In this document: positions 28,290-36,771 of the stretch, piece by piece
Layout of the letters: every line of letters begins with the position of its first letter
How positions within the stretch are numbered: the stretch's first letter is position 1
Assembly (NCBI GenBank): GCA_029863305.1
Contig: JAOTVR010000001.1
Coordinates: forward strand, 13,904 to 77,903
Reading direction: 5' to 3'
DNA: 64,000 nucleotides
Source of the DNA: Gammaproteobacteria bacterium
GTDB lineage: Bacteria > Pseudomonadota > Gammaproteobacteria > Steroidobacterales > Woeseiaceae
Notes under the pieces: generated by a model
What the model saw: only the letters and a program-made list of their open reading frames with translations
The model's database searches: none
What the model was told of the DNA's origin: nothing
Translations under genes and position numbers: made by a program

Positions 28290-30379
28290 CAGGTTGCGAC
28301 CACGAGAGCATCGACGGCCGTGCAGCCGTGCTCGTGCACGATAACCGGGTTGACGTCCACTTCCAAAACGACATGTCGCAACGCATCGACAATTGCGGAG
28401 AATCTTGCCGCAGCTTCGCAAAAAGCATCGACATCCGCGGCAGGTTTGCCGCGCACACCATCGAGCATTGCGCGCAGTTGCAGCCGATCCACACAACGAC
28501 GGGCGTGTTGCGCCGAGAACGGCGGCAACGCGAAGACTACGTCCTGCAGTACTTCAGCGTGAATCCCTCCGCAGGCAATGAGCACAACCGGGCCAAACTG
28601 TGGGTCGGACCTGGCACCCAGCAGCATCTCGATACCGTCATCCGCCATGGGAGCAATGACCACCTCCGGGCCAAGTCGTGATGCAAGGTCGCGGTATGCT
28701 TCACGGAGATGTTGCTCGGTCCCGATTCCCGGAACGACCCCGCCTTGATCGGATTTGTGCACGACCTCCGGTGACGCGGTCTTGAGAATAAGCGGCATGC
28801 CAACATCGACAGCGGCAGACAACAACTCCTCTTCGTCCGCTGCGGCGATGGCTTTGACAGTCGTCATACCGAAGTCAGCGAGTAAGCGCAGCGAATCCAC
28901 CTCTCCGAGCTGCCCGCCATCGCCCAGTCGCTGGCACCATTGCGCCGCCACGGCAGCATCGACACTGATGGCGTCGCCAGAGTCTCGCGACAGGAAATCC
29001 CTGTATGCAAACAGCGCACGAGCGCCGCGCAGGAATAGCGGAACACCATCGAGAACCGGCAGACCAGAATGTGTACTCGTCACAACGGCCTTGTCGGACC
29101 CTGTGCCCTGACGCGCGGCGACCAATACAACAGGCTTGCCGGATTCAGCGTGCGCACGCTGCATGTAACTCAAATAGGCGGGGTACACCTTGCCATCGGG
29201 TGCACGGTCATGAACAACTGCAGCAAGTGCTGCGCCCGGATCGCGCAGCATCGCGGTGAGGCTTCGCGTCATCTGTTCGGCGGCATTGGGACTGCCACGA
29301 CTCCATGCATCGAGCGGGTTGACGGCGGGCAATTCAGGATCGAGGATGTTCTCGATCTCGGCGACTGTCTCGTCGTTGAGAACAGTCAGCGGGACCCCTG
29401 CCTCGTCGGCCAGGTCGACCATCAATTGCCGCTCGCCACCCGAGTCATGCAGCGAGACGAGACCGCCTGCTCCGACCGGCTGTAGCTCGGCAAACAGGAT
29501 CAATGTTGTTGCGAGTTCGTCCATGTCGCGCACACGTTGCACGCCGAATTTGTCGAACAGCGCGTCATACACCGCGTCGTCACCCGCCATCGATCCTGAA
29601 TGAGAGACCGTTAGCCGGGCCGCTTCGTCCGTGCGCCCGACTTTCAGAGCTACGATCGGTATTTTTCTTCGCACGGCTTTTTCGAGCGCGGCGGTGAGCC
29701 CCTGCGGATTTCTGGCCGTCTCGATGAACAGGCCGACCGCATTCGTCTCCGGCAGGTCGAGTACGAAATCGAGGTATTCGTCCATTGTCACGCCGAGTTC
29801 ATTACCCGTTGAGACGGCCACATTGATCCGCAAGCGCTCATCGCAGTCGATTAAACCGGACATGCCGGATCCCGAATGGCTGATCAGCGCGACATTGCCC
29901 GGCGCCTGATGATCGCAACTGTCAAATCCACATGCCCAAACGTGGTCACGAACATTATAGAAACCCATGCCATTGGCACCGCACACCAGTATCCCGGCAT
30001 CCCGAATCTTCTTTTGCAGACGTTCTTTGAGATTGGGCGCACCGTCATCGTCGAGGACCAGTGGCGACATGATGACGGCGGCCCGGATTCCGACCGCCAG
30101 CGCGCTGTCGAGCGCCGCTTCGATGTTCCGGTCGCCAACACCGAATATGGCAAGCTCCGGCGTTGCCGGAACGCCGTCGAAACCCGCGTAGCAACGGACA
30201 CCCTGCAGCTCCTTGTAACCCGGGTTGATCGGATAAATATCGCCGGTATAACCGCCACGCAGCAAGTTCTTGAGCGACCACTCACCCAGCGAATCATGGC
30301 GCGCCGACGCGCCAACCACAGCGACTGATCGGGGCCGGAGCAGCGGATCGAGTCGATGTGTCACCGTTCGTCCGATCAA
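28289..30379 (-). CDS. ADP-forming acyl-CoA synthetase (acetate--CoA ligase family; fused CoA-binding, ligase and ATP-grasp domains)
   Basis: TTG start overlapping the upstream stop (TTGA). RSVAVVGAS...YPINP CoA-binding N-terminus and a C-terminal ATP-grasp-like part (ILKTASPEVVHKSDQGGV). Length is 696 aa. Confidence 0.8.
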   Translation of the reverse strand: MIGRTVTHRLDPLLRPRSVAVVGASARHDSLGEWSLKNLLRGGYTGDIYPINPGYKELQGVRCYAGFDGVPATPELAIFGVGDRNIEAALDSALAVGIRAAVIMSPLVLDDDGAPNLKERLQKKIRDAGILVCGANGMGFYNVRDHVWACGFDSCDHQAPGNVALISHSGSGMSGLIDCDERLRINVAVSTGNELGVTMDEYLDFVLDLPETNAVGLFIETARNPQGLTAALEKAVRRKIPIVALKVGRTDEAARLTVSHSGSMAGDDAVYDALFDKFGVQRVRDMDELATTLILFAELQPVGAGGLVSLHDSGGERQLMVDLADEAGVPLTVLNDETVAEIENILDPELPAVNPLDAWSRGSPNAAEQMTRSLTAMLRDPGAALAAVVHDRAPDGKVYPAYLSYMQRAHAESGKPVVLVAARQGTGSDKAVVTSTHSGLPVLDGVPLFLRGARALFAYRDFLSRDSGDAISVDAAVAAQWCQRLGDGGQLGEVDSLRLLADFGMTTVKAIAAADEEELLSAAVDVGMPLILKTASPEVVHKSDQGGVVPGIGTEQHLREAYRDLASRLGPEVVIAPMADDGIEMLLGARSDPQFGPVVLIACGGIHAEVLQDVVFALPPFSAQHARRCVDRLQLRAMLDGVRGKPAADVDAFCEAAARFSAIVDALRHVVLEVDVNPVIVHEHGCTAVDALVVAT

Positions 30380-31572
30380 TAAGGACCCGGCGGCGTTGCA
30401 CTACGCCGTGGCGGGAACCAAAACGGCTTGTCGACGACGGTTGCCCTGGCCATCGCACGTGACCAGTGCATTTCTCGCTGGTAATAAATCTCGACCCAGA
30501 CGTTGCTGCCCACGGCACCGTGCGGCATCCGGACCGTGCCAATCGCGATATTCTGCTTGCATACCGGCGACCACGCGGCCGACGTCACGAAGCCGATTTC
30601 CCGCTTGTTGCCCTTTTCTTTGGCGAAGATGTAGGAATGGTGTGCTGCCTTATTGCCCTCGATGTCGAGTTTGACGAGCCGCCACGTTGAACCACGACGT
30701 TTTTCTTCGGCAAGGGCCCGCCGGCCATTGAAATTCGGCTTCTTGAAGTCGACGAGCCAGCCGAGCCCGAGCTCCAACGGCGAGCGCGTGCGCCCTGCGC
30801 GCACCGTCGCGTCCGCCGGCAGAAAGTCCTGGTATGCCGCGAGATAACCGGCCTCAATTCGCGCCAACTCCAGTGCATGCGTGCCCATCGCGCGTATGCC
30901 GTACAATTTTCCCGCTTCGAACAGGGCGTCCCAAAGTAATTCGGCCTTGCCTGGTTCGATCCACAGCTCGTAGCCGAGGTCACCGGTAAAGCCTGTGCGT
31001 GACACCATCAGGTCGGCGCCGTCGAAGTCGAAATTCATCAGACCAAATGGTTTGAGGTCCTCAAGCCCGTCCAGCCCCATCTTGCTCAGGACCGTGAACG
31101 AGGTCGGGCCCTGAACGGCGAGCGCCGCAACGTCTGCTGTCTCCAGAACGATCGATACGTCGAAACCGATCGCTGCGGTTTGTAGCCATGCCATGTGGCG
31201 TTCCTGCGAGCACAGACGGTATTCGCCTTCCCTGAGGTGAAAGATCGTGCCATCGTCGATCACCTGACCGCGATCATCACACCAGACCGCGTAAGCCACG
31301 CGACCCGGTTTGATCTTGCCCATGTCGCGCGTAACCAGGCGATCGATGTAGTCCGGTGCATCAGGCCCGGTTATGCGGTACTTCGTCATCGGTGTCAGAT
31401 CGAATACGGCCGTCGCATTGCGAATCGCAAAGTACTCCATGTCCTCGCAGTACAGTGCGTCGGCGCTGGAATAGCCTTTCCACTCGTGCCACTGATTGAG
31501 TGTGTCGAGTGCGGAAAGCCGAGAGTAGAACGGTGAGTGCAATCGGCCTTGATGTACTTCCTGAATTTTCAT
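30376..31572 (-). CDS. Aminomethyltransferase-family (GcvT-like) folate-dependent protein
   Basis: Start at MKIQEVHQGRLHSPFY; its ATG overlaps the upstream stop (ATGA at 31569-31572). AVFDLTPMTKYRITGPDA, ALAVQGP, VSRTGFTGDLGYELW and LELARIEAG are classic GcvT-fold strings. Confidence 0.8.
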   Translation of the reverse strand: MKIQEVHQGRLHSPFYSRLSALDTLNQWHEWKGYSSADALYCEDMEYFAIRNATAVFDLTPMTKYRITGPDAPDYIDRLVTRDMGKIKPGRVAYAVWCDDRGQVIDDGTIFHLREGEYRLCSQERHMAWLQTAAIGFDVSIVLETADVAALAVQGPTSFTVLSKMGLDGLEDLKPFGLMNFDFDGADLMVSRTGFTGDLGYELWIEPGKAELLWDALFEAGKLYGIRAMGTHALELARIEAGYLAAYQDFLPADATVRAGRTRSPLELGLGWLVDFKKPNFNGRRALAEEKRRGSTWRLVKLDIEGNKAAHHSYIFAKEKGNKREIGFVTSAAWSPVCKQNIAIGTVRMPHGAVGSNVWVEIYYQREMHWSRAMARATVVDKPFWFPPRRSATPPGPY

Positions 31573-33113
31573 GCTGCTTTCTCCCGGCTCAGGATGGCTC
31601 TCGCCGCATTGCGACCCGCGGCTCCGCTCACACCCCCACCCGGATGTGCACCTGCGCCACAAAGATAAAGCCCGTCAACGGGCATGCGATACTGCGCCGC
31701 ACCGCACACGGGCCGCACGAACAAGAACTGATCGAGGGTCAGCTCACCGTGATGCCAGTGCCCACCGGTAATACGAAACTCGCGTTCGATGTCTGCAGGC
31801 GTCAGCAGCTCGCTCGCAGTAATTCGCTGCGCGATATCCGGGGCGTAACGCTCGATCGCCCTGATTGCCGCCGCTTCGAACGCCTGCCTTGCAGCATCGT
31901 CCCAGCCGCCTTTGAAGTCATATGGCGCATACTGAACAACGGCTGACATGACGTGCTTGCCGGTGGGCGCGAGCGAGGAATCGCGAAAACTCGGAAACGT
32001 CATCTCGAGCACAGGCTCGGGCGAGCATGCACCATACTTGGCTGGATTGAATGCGCGCTCGACATAGTGTTCGTCGGGCGCGATCACGATCCGTTCGGCA
32101 TAGTCCTTCTTCGACAGTCCATCTATCGCCGGCAGTCCGTCGAGAGCCAAATGCAATTTGGCGGCATTGCCTTTCATGCGCAGATGATGCACTCGATGCG
32201 TAAAGCCTGTTTCGACATGCCGCGCGCCGACTAGCTGCATGATCGTCTGCTTGGGGTCTGCATTGGAAATAACGGTCAAGCTGTCGAATCGCTCGCCACT
32301 CCCGGTTTCGACACCGACCACACGACCGTTACCGACGACAATACGAGTAACCGGCATGCCGGTGCGAATTGTAACGCCGGACTCTCTGGCGACATGCGCC
32401 AGCTCATCGCTGATACTTCCCATGCCTCCGGCCGGCAATGCAACGCGACCGTGGTCGCCCGCCAGTCGATACAGATAGGTCATGATCGTATTCGGCGAGC
32501 GCGGTCCGAGATGCGTACCGAGAACGGCATCGAGGCTTAGCGCCCCTTTAAGCAACGGACTGTCAAACCGCTCGGTGAGTTCGTCATGAATATTGATGCC
32601 AATCAGTCGCAGAAACTCCCGCATCTCGGTTTTCCCGAGGCGCCGGAGATCGAATCCCAGCCGCCCGAGTGTCTTCAGATCCTGGAAGTCCTTGGTACCG
32701 AGCCGCGGTGGCGTCTTGTTGAAGTAGGTGCGTAACAAGTCGGCGAAACGTGACATGCGCTTGTGGAAACCTCTATAGCTGTCGGCATCGGCGTCACTGA
32801 CACCAAGCACCGTGCCTCTTCGCAGCCGAACATGCTCACCGTTCTCGCCAAGCGCGATTGTGGTCATGTCTTCGGCTGCGAGTTTCGGGCTCAGGCTGAG
32901 ATCCTTGCGCACGCTTGGCTGCAATTGATACAACAAATGCGCACAAGCCGACACCGAGTAGCCGTCGGCGAATTCACGCGTGACGGCGGCACCGCCTACC
33001 TGGTCATTGGCTTCGAGCACCAGTACCTGCTTTCCCGCCCTGGCCAGCAATGCCGAGCAAACGAGGCCGTTGTGGCCTCCCCCTACAACAATTGCATCGT
33101 ATTTATCAGTCAT
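31569..33113 (-). CDS. NAD(P)/FAD-dependent oxidoreductase, CrtI/COG1233-like, paralogue 3
   Basis: MTDKYDAIVVGGGHNGLVCSALLARAGKQVLVLEANDQVGG. C-terminal YLCGAGAHPGGGVSGAAGRNAA. There is an 8-nt overlap with the upstream gene. Confidence 0.8.
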   Translation of the reverse strand: MTDKYDAIVVGGGHNGLVCSALLARAGKQVLVLEANDQVGGAAVTREFADGYSVSACAHLLYQLQPSVRKDLSLSPKLAAEDMTTIALGENGEHVRLRRGTVLGVSDADADSYRGFHKRMSRFADLLRTYFNKTPPRLGTKDFQDLKTLGRLGFDLRRLGKTEMREFLRLIGINIHDELTERFDSPLLKGALSLDAVLGTHLGPRSPNTIMTYLYRLAGDHGRVALPAGGMGSISDELAHVARESGVTIRTGMPVTRIVVGNGRVVGVETGSGERFDSLTVISNADPKQTIMQLVGARHVETGFTHRVHHLRMKGNAAKLHLALDGLPAIDGLSKKDYAERIVIAPDEHYVERAFNPAKYGACSPEPVLEMTFPSFRDSSLAPTGKHVMSAVVQYAPYDFKGGWDDAARQAFEAAAIRAIERYAPDIAQRITASELLTPADIEREFRITGGHWHHGELTLDQFLFVRPVCGAAQYRMPVDGLYLCGAGAHPGGGVSGAAGRNAARAILSREKAA

Positions 33114-34722
33114 CGCCGAAGTTCTCTGGAACGGTGTTTGGACGCTTCAGGTCTGCGAGGATTTCCCGCGCAGCGTTGGCCCCCGGCGCGGCCATCACTC
33201 CACCTCCCGGATGCACGCTCGACCCGCACATGTACATTCCCGCGACCGGCGCGCGATACTGCGCATACCCCGGGACCGGGCGGTTGAACAACAGTTGATC
33301 CATCGTCAACTCGCCGTGGAAAATATTACCCTCTGTGATACCGATTTGATCTTCGATGTCCTGCGGAGTACGAATCTCGTAGTGCAGGATCAACTCCTTG
33401 AAATCGGGGCTGTAGTTTGCGATCTGGTCGATGACCGTCCTGGCGAATTCCTCGCGCTCCGGATCGGTCCAGTCCCTGCCCTCGAGCTTGTGCGGACAAT
33501 ATTGTATGAAACAGCTCATGAAGTGCTTGCCCGGTGGCGCCATCGTTGGATCCATCAACGTCGGAATCACCATGTCGATGTACGGGTCCCTGGACCAGGT
33601 CCCATCCTTCCAGTCATCGTATGCGCGCTCCATGCGCTCCAGCGAGTCGATGAAGTGCATGTCACTGTGGTACAGCGTACTGCCCTCGGGCAAAGCCGGG
33701 AACGTCGGCAATCCGTCGAGCGCGATGTTCAACTTGCCCGAAGAACCGCGAATCTTGAAGTTCTCCACGCGCTTGTGAAATGCTTCGGGCAGGTCCGACT
33801 TGTCCATGCACGTGAGAAACGTCCGTTTGACATCCATTGCCGACACGACGATGCGGCCGCCGATCTCCTCGCCATTTTCGAGCGCAACCCCGGTTGCGCG
33901 CCCGTTCCTGACAATAAATTTGTCAACGCCTGCTTCGGTACGCAACTCGCCACCGTAAGCCTGAAAAGCGCCGGCTATGGAGTTGGATACGGCGCCCATG
34001 CCGCCACGAGCCAGGCCCCAGGTACCGACATTGCCGTCAACATCGCCCATGTAATGGTGCAACAGCACGTAGGCCGTGCCCGGCGAATGGATCCCCAGCG
34101 CCGTGCCGATGATGCCACTACCCGACATGGCCGCCTTGATGACGTCAGTCTCGAAGTATTCGCCCAGGTATTCGGCAACACTCATCGTCCAGAAGCGGAT
34201 CGTTTCATACATACGATCTTCGCCCATCTCCATGAACTTGCCACCAATCTCGATAAGCTCCCGGATGTCCCTGGGCTTGAAAGACGTCGGATCAGGTGGT
34301 GTGCGCAACAGGAAGTCGCGGATGAAACGACACTGGCGCATCGTGTCAGCCGAATAGCGCTCGTAGGAATCGGCATCATGCACCGAGAAACGCGCCATTT
34401 CCCGATACGCGACCTCGGCATCATGATACGAGCCGTAGTAATCGCCGTCTTCCTTAAACGTGACCGAACCGCCATACGGCGTAACCTGCAGTCCGTGTTT
34501 GTGCAGTTCCAGCGAGCGGTAAATTTCCGGGCGCAGCAAACTGCAAACGTACGAGCAATTCGAATACATCCAGTCTTCGTACAAATTGCGGCTGACCGCC
34601 GCCCCGCCGATGTAGTCGTTTTTCTCCACGCAGACGACATCGAGGCCGGCCTTGGCGAGATACGCTGCCGTTGTCAATCCATTGTGACCCGCGCCAACGA
34701 CAATGGCGTCATATGTTTTCAT
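33106..34722 (-). CDS. NAD(P)/FAD-dependent oxidoreductase, CrtI/COG1233-like, paralogue 2
   Basis: MKTYDAIVVGAGHNGLTTAAYLAKAGLDVVCVEKNDYIGG. C-terminal YMCGSSVHPGGGVMAAPGANAA. ATGA overlap with the aminotransferase stop. Confidence 0.8.
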   Translation of the reverse strand: MKTYDAIVVGAGHNGLTTAAYLAKAGLDVVCVEKNDYIGGAAVSRNLYEDWMYSNCSYVCSLLRPEIYRSLELHKHGLQVTPYGGSVTFKEDGDYYGSYHDAEVAYREMARFSVHDADSYERYSADTMRQCRFIRDFLLRTPPDPTSFKPRDIRELIEIGGKFMEMGEDRMYETIRFWTMSVAEYLGEYFETDVIKAAMSGSGIIGTALGIHSPGTAYVLLHHYMGDVDGNVGTWGLARGGMGAVSNSIAGAFQAYGGELRTEAGVDKFIVRNGRATGVALENGEEIGGRIVVSAMDVKRTFLTCMDKSDLPEAFHKRVENFKIRGSSGKLNIALDGLPTFPALPEGSTLYHSDMHFIDSLERMERAYDDWKDGTWSRDPYIDMVIPTLMDPTMAPPGKHFMSCFIQYCPHKLEGRDWTDPEREEFARTVIDQIANYSPDFKELILHYEIRTPQDIEDQIGITEGNIFHGELTMDQLLFNRPVPGYAQYRAPVAGMYMCGSSVHPGGGVMAAPGANAAREILADLKRPNTVPENFGDD

Positions 34723-36032
34723 GCGGCATTACTCATCTTTTTGATTGTAATATCAACTCCCCTCTCGAATCCGGCGAGCGTTTCGGCCAGGCAGCGTGCA
34801 TCGTGTGCTTCACACAGAAACCACGGTTCGCGTGAATCCGGCTCGACGAGAATGCCCTGCTCGTGCAATTCCGGTGCGAGCGTGTCATAGAATTCGTAGT
34901 TCGAACTGGCCCATTCTCTGTAGTTACCGGGCGCATTCTCCGCAAAGAACATTCCCATCAGTGCCGGATGCCCGGTAAAACAATGTGCGATACCGCGGTC
35001 ATCGAGAATCTTGCCAAGGCCTTGCTGCAGATTCCGTCCATATTGTTCAATGTTCTGCAGTGCATCTGTTTCATCCAGGATTTCGAGCGTCTTGTCGGCC
35101 GCCGCGAGCGATACTGAATGCGCCGTAAACGTGCCGCCGTGCACGACGCCGTCGCCGACCTGGCGCATGACGTCCTCGCGGCCCGCGACGACAGCTATCG
35201 GATAACCATTACCCATCGCCTTGGCAAACGTGCACAGGTCAGCCTTGAAGCCGAACAGCTCCTGCACACCGCCCCTGGCGACACGAAAACCGGTTTTCAC
35301 TTCGTCGACGATCAACATGACGTCGTAACGATTACACAAACCACGAATATCATGCAGATATTGTTCTTCGGCCGTGATCGCGCAGCAATTACCCATAATC
35401 GGCTCGATCAGGAATGCGCCGATTTTGTTGTGGTGCTTCCTGAGAACATCTTCGACCGCATTGGCGTCATTTAGCTGCACCGGATGAAATAGCCGCTTGG
35501 TGATCTCGGGTACACCGTCACCATACGGCAGCAACTCCGGCGCACCGGTCTGGTCCCACTCATCGAGGTTCGATTGCCACAACACTTCGGTGAACACACC
35601 GTGGTAGCCGCCTTCGATCGCTATGTGCGCATCCTTGCCTGTCACCGCCCTGGCGATTCGCAGGGCGGCCATGACGGCTTCGGTACCGGAGTTCGAAAAC
35701 CTCACCAATTCGGCAGCCGGTACCATTTTGCTGATGCGGCTGGCCACCTGATATTCGAGTTCGGTCGACAGCGCGAAAACGCCACCGACGTCCATGCCCT
35801 TGCGAGCGGCTTCGTCCACTCGTGGATCCGCGTAGCCGAGGATAACCGGGCCGTAGGCGAGCCGGTAATCGATGTATTCATTGCCATCGATGTCCCAAAT
35901 GCGGGCACCTTTGCCCTGATTGACGTAGATCGTTTCCTCGTCGCCCCAGTAACGAAAATTCGATGACACACCCAGCGGCAGGCGCTTTACCGCTCGCCTG
36001 AAGTGCTGATTGGATCGCGCAAGAGACCGCAT
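34719..36032 (-). CDS. Class-III (GSA-aminomutase-like) PLP-dependent aminotransferase
   Basis: Start taken at MRSLARSNQHF (ATG 36032, G-rich SD). SNSGTEAVMAALRIAR, DEVKTGFRVARGG and FAKAMGNGYPI (PLP-Lys position). The longer ORF to 36107 would run through the operator palindrome. Confidence 0.8.
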   Translation of the reverse strand: MRSLARSNQHFRRAVKRLPLGVSSNFRYWGDEETIYVNQGKGARIWDIDGNEYIDYRLAYGPVILGYADPRVDEAARKGMDVGGVFALSTELEYQVASRISKMVPAAELVRFSNSGTEAVMAALRIARAVTGKDAHIAIEGGYHGVFTEVLWQSNLDEWDQTGAPELLPYGDGVPEITKRLFHPVQLNDANAVEDVLRKHHNKIGAFLIEPIMGNCCAITAEEQYLHDIRGLCNRYDVMLIVDEVKTGFRVARGGVQELFGFKADLCTFAKAMGNGYPIAVVAGREDVMRQVGDGVVHGGTFTAHSVSLAAADKTLEILDETDALQNIEQYGRNLQQGLGKILDDRGIAHCFTGHPALMGMFFAENAPGNYREWASSNYEFYDTLAPELHEQGILVEPDSREPWFLCEAHDARCLAETLAGFERGVDITIKKMSNAA

Positions 36033-36092
36033 AGAACCCCCAAATGCTCCGGCGCATAGAGTCTCACGAAGCGCGTCCTGCGTCCACAAAAA

Positions 36093-36110
36093 TGAATGAG
36101 TATTCATTCA
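36093..36110. promoter_or_regulatory. Perfect 7-4-7 inverted repeat, candidate TetR operator in the divergent promoter region
   Basis: TGAATGA-gtat-TCATTCA, centred in the ~100-nt gap between the aminotransferase operon and the TetR operon. Confidence 0.5.
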
Positions 36111-36134
36111 AATTATGGCATCATCTGCAGTCTG

Positions 36135-36764
36135 ATGATCGCCGCAACCGCCACAGCCCGCCGCACCGCATCTCGCGAAAAAAGGCGCCACCAGCTTATC
36201 GACGCCACCATGAAGTGCATTGCCCGCAAGGGCATGGGCAGCACGACACTGGGCGATGTAGCAAGAGAGGCTGGCCTTTCACAAGGCATTGTGAACCTGC
36301 ATTTCGAGAGTAAGGACAACCTGCTCAAGGAAACGCTGGCGAGTTTGGCAAACGAATATCGCGAGCAATTCGACAAGACACTGCACCGCTCCGGCCCCCG
36401 CCCCGCGGATAAATTGCTGGCACTGCTGGAACTGGATTTCCGGCCATCAATTTGTGACCGTCGAAAACTGGCCGTCTGGTTTGCGTTCTGGGGTGAAGTC
36501 AAATCCCGACCGACGTATCGCCGCATGTGCGATGAGTCGGATCGTTACTATGATAGCGTGATTGAAGGTCTGTGCGCCGAACTCATCGCAGAGGGCAAGT
36601 ACAAGAACATCGACGCAATGACTGCGGCAGACGCGTTATCGTCGATGACCAACGGACTCTGGCAGGCATGCCTGATCAGCCCGCAAACCTGGGACCGCCG
36701 GAAGGCGACAAATGCGGTGATGAGCTATCTGCGCAGCGTGTTTCCCCGCCACTACAAGCAGTGA
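36135..36764 (+). CDS. TetR-family transcriptional regulator
   Basis: RRHQLIDATMKCIARKGMGSTTLGDVAREAGLSQGIVNLHFESKDNLL is the TetR HTH. Start taken at MIAATATARR. The alternative ATG at 36096 lies inside the palindrome. Confidence 0.8.
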   Translation: MIAATATARRTASREKRRHQLIDATMKCIARKGMGSTTLGDVAREAGLSQGIVNLHFESKDNLLKETLASLANEYREQFDKTLHRSGPRPADKLLALLELDFRPSICDRRKLAVWFAFWGEVKSRPTYRRMCDESDRYYDSVIEGLCAELIAEGKYKNIDAMTAADALSSMTNGLWQACLISPQTWDRRKATNAVMSYLRSVFPRHYKQ

Positions 36765-36771
36765 GAACAGC

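Noticed and set aside
32980-34890. 636-aa ORF on the + strand, one of the longest in the track
   Set aside because: It runs exactly antisense to two strongly family-like CrtI-type genes. It is Arg/His/Ala/Val-rich with no motif or hydrophobic-core periodicity. This is the typical shadow ORF of GC-rich DNA, where stops are rare in the antisense frame.
36096-36134. ATG 36096 as the TetR start, and ATG 36107 (minus strand) as the aminotransferase start
   Set aside because: Both lie inside the 7-4-7 palindrome and would make the two divergent genes overlap. The downstream starts (36135 and 36032) leave a normal control region and still precede the conserved domains.
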